A program made the position numbers and the translations under genes. The notes beneath the pieces were generated by a model that was given only the letters and a program-made list of their open reading frames with translations, had not been told where the DNA came from and did not search any database. A stretch of DNA of 64,000 bases. Source: Haliotis cracherodii (taxonomy: Eukaryota). Positions within the stretch are counted from its first letter, which is position 1, and every line of letters starts with the position of its first letter. The stretch is taken from contig NW_027266268.1 in the NCBI RefSeq assembly GCF_022045235.1, positions 8,494,001 through 8,558,000 of the forward strand. The letters are read 5' to 3'. Positions 37,781-52,036 of this stretch are shown here, piece after piece.

Positions 37781-38599
37781 CCACCAGCCTAAATAACATT
37801 ATCTTCCGTAAAAAAATTATATTAAGAACTAAGAGGAGCATTACATTCAGGGAAGTACGTATTAGACAATTCCCATGAATCTTAATTCGTTTCTTCTTAC
37901 CACAGTATTGAATTACTGGCATACTTTCATGAAACGTTATGTCACTATACACTTTTGAAAGTGTGAAAACGATTTGAAACAACTACCAGAACCATTTAAG
38001 TAACAAACCATATCATGATGTAAACAGTTTCTGAGAGAATATATGGAACTGCATCTTCCCGAGGCAAGGGAGTTAACTATGAAAGTCCAGTTTCCATCCT
38101 TGCCGAACTAGGCTGGTATTATGAAGTTACATTTTGGCTGGACTAACGAGTCTATGCATCGTCCAATCAAAATCGCGAACCGAAATCGAAATCAGGTTCG
38201 TAAACTGTCATGCAGATTTCGGTCGATTGCAGGATTTGTAAAGCATGCGCACCCCCAACTCGTTGTCAACAGATATTTTCTAAGTCTTTTCTAGTTTTAA
38301 ATCAAGGTGCTCACATGATTTGATACACTTCGCGATGTAAGACCCGTTTTATCACAATATAGATCTTGATTATCGATCAGATCGTCTAGTCTGGGCGCCG
38401 CCTTTTTTGTTCTCATTGTTTACATTGCGGAAGTAGGCTAGGGTAGAAAATAGGTCACAGCCTTGCTTCGATTAGGGAATTCCCTTTTCGCTTTTCGACT
38501 AACGGTTAAAGTAAGGGAACAAACATTTTGAATATGCCTACCAAGTAGAGGCTAGATGTACGCAGCAACAGTAACTGTCAGTAATGTCAGTAATTGTGT

Positions 38600-39875
38600 T
38601 ATACCATGGATGGAACTCTGTGTCAAAACCACAAGCATGACGAAGACAGTTATAAAATGATCGAGCCACTCCACCATGTCGCTTAAGAAACTGTGTTTGT
38701 GCCAAAGCTGTGCATCATCCACTGACAATGTGTTGAACAGTCTCACTAAATTCATTGCATATTATACATTTCACACTTTTATTTTGATTTATAAATCAAT
38801 GCAAAATTTCGAGTGGGAAGTGACTGTTCATGAGCAGCAAACAGAAAGCCTTCAGTTTTACTTTTCAGGCCAGCCGACTACATCCAAGCGAAGGACTCGG
38901 CAGGGTTGCTGATCCTCTCAAGACAATGCACATAGACTCGTTACAATGGTCGTTTAGGTAGTTTCTCCTTGAAAAACTGAGTCTTGTTGATTTGATATGG
39001 CACTTCGCTTGGCTGACACTCATTTCTGTACTGTTCAGCAGTACAGAACCATTAACAAAATCAACACTGACATTGAGATTATGTCCCACATCCTTGGCTC
39101 ATTTATGAAAACTGTGGAATGCCTTATTTTCATCATGAGTCTTGACATCCTTCACAAGACGATCATCAGACAAATAAACGTTTACAAAAGTGCACAATAC
39201 AATTCCATCATGAAGTACATCCACGTTAATTAAACCACGCCATCCCATTATGATGGGTAAATATATGCGTTTGAGGGAAGAGCGAGTGTAATGGGATCTA
39301 CTGTCTGACATGATTCTTTGTGTGAGGGTGTCAATACCCTGAATTTCTTGTTTCGCCTTATCAACAACACCAAAAGAATATGAAAGGACGGGTACAGCAT
39401 AAGTACTTGTGGCTTTAACTTCATTGCGAGGGTTCAAATCTGAAATCCAGATTTTCTTAAGTATCAATTTGTACTCTGCCCAAAGTGTTTCCTTGATATG
39501 GGCATTCTGAATCTTGCCCCTCCCCTGCATCCCTAAGTTCTTTAGTCTGACCTTCCATGAGATGGTCAATAACTCCAAGTGAACTGACCGATCCTCCTTC
39601 TTCTACCTTGCCACGTTTCAGATGAAGAATGGTGCATTTGTCAAGTCCAAAGACATGCCGATACCATTAGAAAAAGACCCGACACGAGGAATCTGTTTTT
39701 TAATGTGGCTCCTCCATTGGCAATAAGTTCAAGATCATCCATGTAAAGGAGGTGAGTAAGGGGTGTTGGGGATCTGTGCTGAGGCCCATGATGAAAATCT
39801 TCTTCTGTGCTAAACAAAAAGCTTAAAGGATTAAGGGACAAACAGAAAAGCAAAGGACAAAAAGAATCGCACTGA
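38600..39875 (-). mobile_element. R4/Dong-like non-LTR retrotransposon, degenerate RT through CCHC/RHD region
   Basis: CDSFCPLLFCLSLNPLS, LTHLLYMDDL, LNPRNEVKATSTYAVPVLSYSFGV, RIYLPIIMGWRGL; collinear with 33170-33500; 5' end abuts (TAA)n. Confidence 0.8.
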
Positions 39876-39910
<35 letters not shown>

Positions 39911-39998
39911 GCACTGAATTATTATCATTTTGCACTGAATTGTTATTATTATTCACTGAAATATTATTATATTCACTGAATTATTATTATTATGATAA
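39876..39998. repeat. (TTA)n tract interrupted by repeated CACTGAA motifs
   Basis: CACTGAA occurs five times between about 39870 and 39980, each followed by TTATTA-type repeats. Confidence 0.85.
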
Positions 39999-40179
39999 TA
40001 CAAGTTGACTTTATTTTTCGTTCAAGTTTGGGTTCATTACAATACAATGTTTTATGGGTGTTATGTGTCATTAATGATCAATGCAATGAATTTTGGCTGC
40101 ACCTGTTTCAAAGACATTTCTTAGTTGACGGGTGACAAAGTAGACACAGTTAATGGATAACAACTGTTTTATTTACTTC

Positions 40180-41150
40180 CAGGCGACTTTTCTACTCGAC
40201 CTTCTTCGAACAGCAAGTCCGCGCACCACCCACCCAACCCATTTCATGGTAAACAAAAGTCGACGACACCTTTGTCATCCTTAAACAAGACCAACCCTGC
40301 TGCTACAACATCTACCTGACATCATCCCCGAGTACAGTTCACCATTGAAACGGAAAAGAATAACTACCCTTTCTTGTCTCCAGAACCCCAACCAACAGAG
40401 ACCCGTGAAAATCCGGGGTAGAATAGGTCTTCAGCAACCCACGCTTGTCGTAAAAGGCGACTATGCTTGTGTGGCCAGGCTCGCTGACTTGGTTGAAGCA
40501 TGCCGTCGATCCCAATTGCGTGGATCGATGCTCATGATGTTAGTCACTGGATTGTCTGGTCCAGACACGATTATTTACAGACCGCCGCCAAACGTCTCTA
40601 CCCCCACCAATTGAGCCATCAACCTTCTTCTTCTGGCCCCAAATCTGAGATCGATCAAGTCTATACTCACCTCAGCAATTATCCACCCAAACTCGTCGAC
40701 AAAGTCATCGCCCTCCAATTTAGAGGGAAAAATCCCCACATCATCAGCCGCCTCCTCAAATAGCGAGTCAGTACTGACACCTACTTCACCAGATACACCA
40801 CCCTCAATACCCTTATGAGAGTTTACGGTAGAAACACGCCAACAACCTAAAGGTGTAGTTTATTAAATTGACTGTAACTGTGGACAATCCCATTTGGGTT
40901 AAACATTCCGCCATATCAACTCCAGAATCAAAAAGCACAAGACATCAACCATCAAATCAGACAGAAAATCAGCCACCTCGGACCACATCAGCAACTGGGA
41001 AAACGTCCAAATCCTATCCAACAACTTCCGCGACTTCACTAAAAGAAAACTAACAGAAGCAGTCCACATTCGCCACCACAAGCCATCAATCAACAGAGAC
41101 CAAGGTTATTTCATCCCATCCGCCAACTATGAATTCATTAAGCAATAATC
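40180..41150 (+). mobile_element. Degenerate Penelope-like element (RT plus GIY-YIG), interrupted by a family B SINE at 40398-40590
   Basis: Fragments translate to KVDDTFVIL, HPRVQFTIETE, KGVVY*IDCNCGQ, TRIKKHK and EAVHIRHHKPSINRDQG. Confidence 0.75.
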
Positions 41151-41846
41151 ACCCCACCTGAAAACTTGAAACTGTTTGATTGGCTTCCCATCTCACTGGC
41201 TACCCCATCTTGTGTTCGTTCTCCTTCCATCATGTTGTTACAGCATAACAGGCAGACATGAGGGTATTGCAAGAGAACACAGACTTTGTAGAATTTGAAA
41301 AACTGATTGTATTGAAGTTTTTTATGTGTATGTCCAGTATATAATGATTTGAGAGCGAAATATCTAAATAACTATTTCTACCACAACCCTAACGGTAACA
41401 AATTTTGCAAATTAATGACATGTGATTGTACAGAAACTGTGAGAAATTTATCAATGTCCATTTATCATGCTATGAAACTAAGAAAGTACTATAGGACTTT
41501 GGCCTCATCAGTGCCATGAATAAATATTGATTGAGTGAGCATTATCCTTCTGTTGGAATTATTTAATCTACTCATGTAAATCTCACTCATTTATGCAATT
41601 GTTGTTACTGTTAATCCACCACATACAATGTAAATTCTGTACCATGTTCATTATTCAGCCTTGCTTGAAAACAGTAGAAGGATCTATTCCGAAACGACGC
41701 CTGTACAGTAAAACACGAAGGTGTTACCCATAAATTTCGTCCACTTTGAAATATCACAATGTTCATTGTTAATGATGTTCACGATGACTGAGCACAATTC
41801 AATTGACACGGTTTCCGTTTATTCGGAACAATATTTTCTGCGAATG

Positions 41847-44800
41847 TCAGATTTGGAAAAAGGAGATGGCATTAGCAATTATCTTTGAAAGATCTTGTTT
41901 TACCTTGTACCATACAATCTCTGCAACCAGTATCAGGAAACTGCAGATCAGCCCAATTCCCACAGCAAAGAACATACTCTGGATCTTGATGAGTGACACA
42001 GCTTTAGGGAAACTCTCTACTGGACATTTGACCTTCGGGGCAGACTGAAGCCATTCTTGCATGGTACGCTGCAGGATACCACTGTCGCGTAGATGATACA
42101 TCCTGGCAGTGACAACGATTTACATAGGATTACATCCCAAGGATTACCAAACAAAAGAACGCTAACGGTCTAACGGTACAATGTAAAGCGTTGTCAAAAT
42201 ACACAGAAATCATCAGATGAAAACAGAGATTCTATTTATTGATGGAAAAGAAAATGACTTGACTATCGTTTTATAGGGGCAGTCAGATGGTACGACTAGT
42301 TTATTGTATCGGGTCAACAGCTATTCCAATGAGCACCAGCCTTGTAATATTTACATATCCATTTTACAACGATATGGCAAACCCTATAACTGAGTAAATA
42401 TGTAAAATAGTATAAATTGTCAGACCGGTAAATATTCATAATTCTAAATGAGGAAACTTCAAAATTAAACGTTAATGCAAGAGGATACTTCTGTGACAAT
42501 TTGAAAGAAAACTCGATGAGGTAATTAACTAAGTATTATTTAATTATTAATTAAATAAGTATTATGTACACTCATTATATTCGTCAATCTATTAAGTGAA
42601 CAAATGATCGATTCAGACCTACGTTTTTTCCAGATCCTGTTTGAAAGGAGAAGACTTTGGAAGATGGAAGGCTGTGTAGGAATGTCCAAATTTAGTGTCG
42701 AGTAATTGCAATCTGCAATCAGCATAGCTTAAAGGGACAATGACTGTGCCCGAGATGAAAGCGTATTTTCCCTCATGGACTCTTTGCAGGTGCTTGGTGA
42801 TGTTGATACCGAGTACGTCAGGATCTGTGACAGATAAGTCCCGGACTCGTTGTACGACACCCTTGATATCTGATTGCTTGGTATTCTGAAAATCATTGTG
42901 GAGTGGTCACATGTCTTAACACTAATCTAAATCTCTTTTAATGCAAACGTATGTATGTACAATAATTAGAACTGCGTTGCACATACCTATGTCTTGAGTA
43001 TTGCATGTAATCTATGTTCTTATGGGAAACAATCACGTGTATAGTGTAGACCTGTCAACTGTTCCAATCGTATCAAGATGATCCATTTTCAAGCCCCGTT
43101 TTTAATTAGATATTGTAGGTATTTGTCATCTAACACTATATTAAATATACCATGTACATCGACAGAACTGAAGCGAAATGGAAATCCTTTTCGTCTACAG
43201 AATGAAGACACAGTTGACATGGATTTCAGTTTCAAGCAAGTTGATAAGGGCACTAGCACCTGTACTGACCGTGAAGACCCGTGAAGAGAATAGGTCTCCA
43301 GAAACCCATGAATGCCATAAGAAGCGACTATGCTTATTGTAAGAGGTGACTAACGGGGTCGGGTGGTCAGGCTCGGTGACTTGGTTGACGCATGTCATGG
43401 TATCCCAACTGCGTGGATCGATGCTCGTGATATCAAATATTGGATTGCCTGGTCCAGACCGCCGGCATATAGCTGGAATATTGCTGAGTGCGGCGTTAAA
43501 CAACAAACATACTGTGCTGAAACGTCACAACTAAAGAGCAAGAGGGACTGAAATCCACAAGTCAACATTGTCTTCACTGTTAGTACATGCCACTTGAACA
43601 TACCACTACAGACGAAGAATCAATACATGGCTGGGTCACGTGTTCAAATTTTCACATTGAAAACACCCTTCCTTCGTTCTATTCGTGCTTTAGTGAAAAG
43701 TCTGTGCTGCAAATACTTGTGTCAATAAATGTAGGACATCGTATCTCGTTTCAAACACAGCATTATTGGAATTAAAGATTATTTGTGGGTGAAAACGAAC
43801 TGACACTCTATGTTCCATTCCACACAGTCAGTCATCCTTGAGGATAACACAAAACCATCTCTCAAGTTACATTTCAGGAGATATGGATATACCTCATGGA
43901 TGAATGGCTGTGTCCATAGCTATTGATAATTAGTCAAAACATTTGGGTAAGTTTTCTTCCAACTTTTTTAATTGCTCTTATTGAATTTTAATCTTTGTAT
44001 GATAGTGCAGAAAAAAAGTATTGACAAATGTGACATTCTTAAATTTGATATAAAAAATCGATTTAAAGAAATTACTAATTTAAATTCCAATAAAGGAGTT
44101 ATTAAAACAATGAAAGAAAGACGGGATAATATAACGGTGCCTCATATATGACCACTTGTTAAATAACGTTGACATTTTTTCTTTACCTGGAAAAGGTTTT
44201 GAGTAATGCTTGATGAATCGTAGCCTATTTTGTTGTCTTCTCTGGCTACAAGTTCAGTCAGGTTTGAAAATGGTGGCTTTTCTAATTTTATAGCAAATGT
44301 GGCCACGATGGTCCCAGAGTAGACAGCAGAGATAATGGTTGTAAACATCCACCATGCCGCAACAAAGATCCGATCCGAGTCATGTGATACATGTCTTTCT
44401 GATCCTGTATATGAAACGTGATTATAAGCAACACATTTATTCAAGTATTATACTCATTCACTCATAAAGTAGGGACATAAGCTATTAAGTCAAACAATTT
44501 GTTGTAGTCAAATAGATCACTTGACAAAAAACATTTGAATCTGGAACTTGCAAACCTATCCAAACCTAGAATAATACAAATATCTTCTTTCAAAATGTGG
44601 TTATCTTTTAGCATGCACTTAGAGACTATCTAATAGTCGATGTAATGTCGAACGACATTTTGTTGTAGATGAGTACGGGAGTGTGTGAATGTTGTTGAAC
44701 AGCATAATTAACAGCAATATTCGAGCTGTATGAAGGCGATAATATCCAAAAAATAAAGAGACGGAAAGATCCACACATTCAGTGTCGAATGGCGCGCAAT

Positions 44801-47800
44801 CAGCCAAGTCACAGAGCTTGATCATTCAATCAGTTCAACTTGATTCTTGTCACAGGAACCGGTTCAAAAATAAATCGGCGTGTGTGTTTGTGCGTTCGTG
44901 CGTTCGTGCGTTCGTGCGTGTGCGTGATAATTCTCCACAAGAAAAGATTCATCAATTGCATATTTCAATCTTTTTGCTTTATACATTATGTTTGATAAAT
45001 TTACTAAAAACATAAGAAGTATCTGCTAAACGCAGAGTACGAATCACAGTGGTTTACTGGTTGTTTTAACAACAACAGAACAATATATTCTTACCTTGCT
45101 TCAAGCAGGCCCCATATAGTTCAAATGTTGTTGATGTAACAGTGTCCATGTTATTTTTCCACGATGGGCACAGTTTTTCAGTTCGCAGATTGTGGTCCAC
45201 ATTCTTATCCTTGGAACTCAAATGCGACTTAATGAATCTCACAGAGGACAATAAGACAGTAGAAAAAAACAGTGACACTCCAAGCACAATAAAGACATGA
45301 GATTGGAACGGTCTGAGAAAGACCAGCAGATGGTCCTGATCAGGCTCTTCCTTCCTGAACAATACAATGCGTTTGTTCTCAAACACGGGTGGCAAGATGA
45401 AATCCGCCACAGAGTAACGGTCGATGTGGATTGTGATATGGTCAGCTGCCAAGTCGGCCTCCTGTGTTGACGCGCCAGGATGATTACATGAAATGAGTTT
45501 GACATAATATATCATAAACATTAATATCAACCGTAAAAAGACCACTGATGTCAGAATCAGTGACTGCCATATGTCATGAGTAAACACGTATGGAAATATA
45601 TGTATTTCTGGGCATGGTATAACATATCTAGACTAGTTTTAACTAAGCTTGGTTTTCATAACGATAAGGTAGCACCTGCCCTAGTCACTGTACAATAAAG
45701 CGATAAAACCCTTCCATGATCATAAGAAAGCTCTGCTAAAGAAGAGTCCAGGGTCAAACGCATGCAAAGGCAAGTCAATGATTCACCTGAACAAATATAG
45801 GAAGATATGGTACAAGACAAAATAAGAAATTGCATGGGACATAATTTTAGTCACCGATGCTTCAAGTGTGGAAATATCCTCCACGTGCCTACCATAAAAC
45901 TTTGTAAAAGGTTTACTTTGACCTTGAATGTTGTAACCCTAATCAAACGTTTGAGCAAGAGTCATGTGGTACTGATATGACGCTCTTAGTCGAGCAAGCA
46001 CGATTTCACGTCAAACGTGTACCAGAGGCATTAGCTGTTCGAATGTTGCTTGGAATATTTGGATTTTCTTAAACGTTTTTGTCACTTTCATAAAAGAGTT
46101 CTAAAAACAAATGAGGCGTTTTCCCTATTATCTTTTATTTCCATTTCCCTTGGGAAAATCAGTGGAGGGGAATTGGTTACTTGACAGTTTAATTTAATCA
46201 AATCATTGATATATCTTAAACGTTATTTATATCTGTTTTCAGTTTGCCAATCCGAGAAGAAATTTCGATTCACACGCATAAAGAAACAGATAAGTAAGAA
46301 GGGAAACACAACTGGTGCCCATGGGGATGCCTACTTATTGGCTAAATGTCCTATCTTCACATTTCAGATAGATGTTATTTATCAGGAAGTCCAACATGTC
46401 ACATATTACCTTCTCATGAAACCGCAGATGACATTTGTTTTCACGTTAGTCAAATTGCCCCGACCCTTAGAAGATAGAGATGACGAATTCCATAAGGATC
46501 AAAAGAGGCACTGGATATACATCCTCTTCCCTAGCAGGGATATCTGCCTAACAGAGGCACTGGATATACATCTACTTCCATAGCAGGGATATCTGCCTAA
46601 CAGAAGTACTGGATATACATCTACTTCCCTAGCAGGGATATCTGCCTAACAGAAGTACTGGATATACATCTACTTCCCTAGCAGGGATATCTGCCTTACA
46701 GAAGTACTGGATATACATCTACTTCCCTAGCAGGGATATCTGTCTAACGGAAGTACTGGCTATACATTTACTTCCATAGCAGGGATATCTGCCTAACAGA
46801 AGTATTGGATATACATCTATTTCCCTAGCAGGGATATCTGCCTAACATAAGTACTGGACACACATCTACTTCCCTAGCAGGGATATCTGCCTAACAGAAG
46901 TACTGGGCATACATCTACTTCCCTAGCAGGGATATCTGCCTAACAGGTCTCATATCTTGTAAACGTCAAAAGGTGAAATTTATACTTTGTAAACGTAACT
47001 TTTGAAAATTGTTGACAAATGGACGGGTCATGTGAACAACAAATAGCCAATCACATTACCGGAAAACTCTTCAAAACTTCAAAATAGTTTGTTCTATATA
47101 AACTACTGTATCACTAGCCTTGTATTACATATTGCCTGTACCAAGTATGGCATGTTCTTACTGGTCTGTCTCTACTTACCCTTCTCTGCAACATGCCGAG
47201 CACCCCTGTCCACGAACCATTCTTGTTCTTGCCCCATACACTTTCTCTTGGCGAGATGACCTCATAACTGTTATACGTAATAATAATAATTATATTGCTT
47301 GTTCAGAAGGTTAGAAATTGCATTTAATGCTTCTGTGAGCAGTCTGTTATATTTTCAAATAATACAATAAGAGAGAACCAGGAAGCACTAATGTGGGTCC
47401 AATAAATTTCCACATAGTGGAACATACTTTAATCTGCCTAACAAAACCACTTCAACCAAACAACATATGGGCAAGAAAGAGTATGTACGTCAAAAGTTGT
47501 GACATGTAGACACAAAAGGCAAGATCCGATGGAGTATGAGTTTCAAGCTGAGTATTGTCATACAATCGTGTGGATAGTTTCTTTTGTCTCTCTGAATCTT
47601 TATGCATAGATCTAAATATTAAACACATGAGGCGGTTTCACTTCTTTTTCTTTTAATTATTTCACACACTGCCTCCTCAGGAAACCTGAGATGACGTTTG
47701 CTTTTTTGACAAATCTTCCCGAACCTTAGAAGATAGAGAATTAACTTTACGTCTATGGACAACGTGTGACAAATAGATCATGGAACGAATTTTTCAGCGC

Positions 47801-50800
47801 AGGTGTGTCGTTAGACAAGGTGGTTAGCAAAGCCACTATTAGGATGAACAACTATTTTTTAATGATGTCAGTGCTTTATCAATTCAGCATAAGTTCTTTT
47901 GCAGGGTCTATTAATGCATGAAACAGATTCCCCATTTTCTATTTCTGTCTGTGCTGAATGCATGTTGAAATGCATACATTCAGTTCTAAGATTAAAATTG
48001 CGGAGATATATCACATTGCACCTTATTTTTTTTCATATCGGAGTCTCATATGTTTTAAGTTAAGATTGTGTGCAGCAACTTACAGATGTCCAAAGGATAA
48101 AGTTCACCTGAAATTTAGATTGACTGCCAACATCTGCAATATGTGGAGTGACAAGCTGGACACCTTCCGCTTGTTGACAATCTCGTAGCCATAGTTCCAT
48201 GGATGAGTCTGCAATTACACATATGGGTGAAGGTATGAGAGTTTACAAATATACAGCAACACAATCCTTTCCATAATCATAAGAAATCTCTGCTAATACC
48301 AGACTACACTGTACGATTACGGCGAGGTATGTGATTTTGAAATTCTTCTTTTGTACTGGACACCAAAGCTCTATAAAAAGCCGTACAATGAGGGATATAT
48401 TGGTGGGTCGAGCAAATGAACCGCCAAATCCTTGTCTCAAAGATGATCTAATCCTTAGTGGAATTATGAAAGGACTTCCTTAATATTCACAGAACGTATT
48501 TGAGAAGCAGAAAATACGATCAGTCCAATAATATAATGATGCGACAAGACTCTAACCTTTACAAAAATTAGGTAGCGTTAAGCAGTTGCTACATTTCGCT
48601 TAGCAGTTGCCCTGCTGATCTGTTTCTTAATGCGTATGAATCAAAGTTTCTTCTTGGATTGCTAAAATAAATACACAGGAATTTGGCCAAGACGTTTAAC
48701 TATTGCTTCAGGTACATAGATGATCTGATATTTTTCAATAGTGGTGAAATACCCAATTCCCTTCCTCATGAAGTAAAAGACAGCCTCTTATGATTCATAT
48801 TTAGATCTCTGTATAAAAATTGACTAAAGTGCAAGCGTTTGGTAAACTTTTAAGGAACAATCGAGCTTGCTCTCACGAAGATTTCAAAGAGCGTCATATG
48901 ACTCTTGCTCAAAAGTTGTTTGATAGTGTTGCAAAACAAAAGTGCAAACGATATTCCGCGACTAGGTCTTAAATTGAAGTTGCAAAACTTATTGAACACC
49001 TCTCGTATGTCTTTGAAACACTGCCATAGCCTTTCGGCATAGTAGGAAATGTTTTTTACATGCAAGTGAACACGCTCAGTTCTAATCTAACAGATAGAGT
49101 ACCAATGCACGGTGACTTGGCTGATGTTAAGTCATTATACCCTGGCGGAATAGGACGTGATGTTCTCGATTACTTACATGCCATGTAGTTTTGAAACAAA
49201 AACAAGAAACAACCCACCGAGTCACACATAACCGGTACGTTTTCTGCAGCTCTTATAATCTGCAGTAGGTTCTGCCAACCTGGATGTACGTGACTTAATG
49301 GATGGGGTACCTTCATGACGACTGTCAGTTGCCGGCCATTGTAACCGAACCTCACGTTGGAGAAAACTTCTGTGACATTTCCTTCTACATCAGAGAGAGC
49401 CACGTCCGCAAAAGCTCGTCCATTGGGGTGAATCATCAGTGTCCACATCCTTGGCTTTGTGAAATCTCCCTGTTATCAGACAACCATGTATACGTATGCC
49501 ATTGAATTATTAAAATAACTTAATGGTTGGGACAGTCAAGATACATTATAAATAATGTGTACAGTCCCTTTGAACTCAGAATAATTTATTAACACTTATA
49601 ACGTAATGTTACCACGATTCTCATTTGTTAATACTTATGCAAATTTAATAGACCATGACGACATACACGACTACTTCCTTTCCTACCCGTTACTGAATAA
49701 CAACCAACTATTTACAAGAATGTATGACAAGAAGGGTGACTTCAACCTTCACTTTATGCCGAACATAATTCCAGCAGATCTAACCTTTGTGTTCACATTT
49801 CACAACTTTTGAGTTAAAACTCGAGAATGGTCTTTCTACGAAGATGTCAAAGGGCGTCATATGACTCTTGACCGGGGTTACAACTTTAAAGGCTAAAGCT
49901 TTCAAAGGGTCTTATGGAAATGTGTAGTTTTGATGTATTGGTGACTCAAATGGCGTCTGGTGCAATTCCCTATTTTGACTTGTGTCATATGTTCCCGTGT
50001 TTTTTAGGAGAACGTTTGTCTTGTCTTTGGATGTTTGTGTGACTGTGACGGGTGCCGTCACTATTTGATAGCGAATAATAAACACAATCTCATGCTGATG
50101 ATAAAGTCGGAATCATAAAAAGGATTCTGCTTTCAGCAGAGATTTCTTATAATTATGGAAAGGGTTTTGATGCCTTTATGGAAATACCATAATGTCATCC
50201 CCTTTATCCTATATGTATTTTCTTACCCCTATACATATATAGTATATTTTTTTTTACCCCTATATATTGTATCTTATTTTCATTGTATCATGACACATAC
50301 GCTGGACTCATTCCCTATTGCAGCATTGATTTGAGTCCGGTTGAACATATAGCCGTCCAATCTTATCAAACTCGTGTGCGAGAGAAATCCGTTATCGGTT
50401 TTATCTTGCCACATACCTTAATGGAGGAGGAAGAACAAATAGCATGTATCAATGAAAGGTTCTGTCAAGGATGATAATGGAGGTGAATCAGGGATTCAAA
50501 ACTCGGATCATGGCAAATTATGAGGCGCCTTAGACAACTAATCATCAATACAATCAATACAATGCACTCTAAAATATTTAAATATTTGGCCGTTTTCACC
50601 ATTGAGGATGAAACTGGCACCATCCAACTGTTTAAAAAGAGCATACTTGTCCTGTAGGCAGTTCCAGCAGTGCCACATTCTCCAGTTTAATGTTGCTGTC
50701 CAGGAGTACAGGTAAATCATCTGATTTACCGACAACCAGCACCCGTGAGACGTGGCACCAGTCAACCGAGGAGTTGGATCTAGTTCCACAGATTCCAGAC

Positions 50801-51695
50801 TGGCTAAGAGAAACTAGTTTTCAATTTCATTCAATGATTAAACAGAAAGTGGACATTATTTTACGAGAGATAAAATGATTCTTTCACTAAGTTTCATCAT
50901 GATCTTTGCATTTTTTATAAAAAATATATAGAATTATGTGTTGTCGAAGACAAACGCATTGCTGGCTTTTGAACATGGGACCGATAAGAATTTTCTTAGC
51001 GCCCAAAAGTCACACGTTTTATATAACGTACAAGTATCGACTTAATGACATTCGAGTCTTAGAATTTATGATATTATTGGCTACAAATCTCTCATTTATC
51101 TAACACATTTCCCTAACATTGCAACTTAACTGCTTGAGGTCGTAACAACAACTGATAGTTTTAGACGTGTAAAATTTCTCTGCAACTCTGCTGTGCGGAA
51201 ATAATTTTGTGATGTTTCAAAAGCCTTGCTTTTATAGAAAATGATTGATGTAATGAAATATTACATGCTGAAGAAAAAAACATATGTTGTTTATATAGTA
51301 TGTGAAAAAGAAATCTTTATGAAATTATTTCTGCACTGACAAATTGTAGAAGGAAATATTTGGCAAAACAAACTCTCCCAACTTGCAAAGTCTCATACTC
51401 TTTACAAAAGGTTACAATGAATCCAATTTACGACTATTTGAGATTAGAACAAGTGGTAACTGAGTTCTTGTTTCGACGTTGTTCCCTATTGTGTTTTCCC
51501 ATGCGTGACGAACCAGTTGACGTAAGACCGAAACAGTGGTTGTGACGTCACAGAGAAGCAGCACATGGATGTGGGGCTGGAGGACATTCTCTACATCTCT
51601 CAGCATTGTCAGCAGGTCTTCCTCTTTTGAGGAGCTAATGTCATAGTCCACATAGGAAATACCTGATGTTTCCAACGAGTGGGGGAAGTGTACAC
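41847..51695 (-). CDS. Divergent ionotropic receptor (IR / variant iGluR) 1, 5'-incomplete. Exons 51514-51695, 50647-50799, 49311-49469, 48108-48208, 47180-47267, 45095-45461, 44187-44404, 42623-42885, 41847-42102; about 595 aa
   Basis: In-phase GT-AG chain. S1: FGYNGRQLTVV...LAVNLNFSYEVISP..VWG..NGSWTGVLGMLQRREADLA..ITIHIDRYSVADF; M1 after FLRPF; pore LKQG; M3 RIFVAAWWMFTTIISAVYSGTI; S2 GKYAFISG, AFHLPKSSPFK, DSGILQR; M4 FFAVGIGLICSFLILVAE. The two most 5' exon boundaries are less certain; the start exon was not found. Confidence 0.88.
43267..43508 (+). mobile_element. SINE-like family B in an IR1 intron
   Basis: GACCCGTGAAGA...GGTCGGGTGGTCAGGCTCG...GCTGGAATATTGCTGAGTGCGGCGTTAAACAACAAAC. 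Confidence 0.8.
46503..46946. repeat. Minisatellite, 49-bp unit x9, in an IR1 intron
   Basis: Unit AGAAGTACTGGATATACATCTACTTCCCTAGCAGGGATATCTGCCTAAC. Confidence 0.95.
48400..48850 (+). mobile_element. Degenerate reverse transcriptase fragment (Penelope-like); related piece at about 49690-49920
   Basis: FRYIDDLIFFN at about 48707-48740; SYLDL follows; LFTRMYDKKGDFN at about 49708-49746. Confidence 0.55.
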
Positions 51696-51944
51696 CTGAA
51701 ACGTATAATACATACTTAATATGAACGAGATTTAGGATTTTCAGTGATCCATTCATATAATTTTTACCTTTATTTTGCCTGCTACGCCTAATGGAATCTG
51801 TTTCGGCAGTAAATCGAAATGATTTTATATTTTCGTTTTTTGGAAAATAGTAGGAGTAGTTTATTCCGAGGTAATATAGTCCATAAGCCCAAGGTGCATA
51901 TTGAAAGAAACCGAGTGCGAAAGTATATTATTTTGAGACAGGTG

Positions 51945-51991
51945 AGTTGAAATTGGATTTAACGTCGCCTCCAAGATTATTGCACTTATAT

Positions 51992-52036
<45 letters not shown>

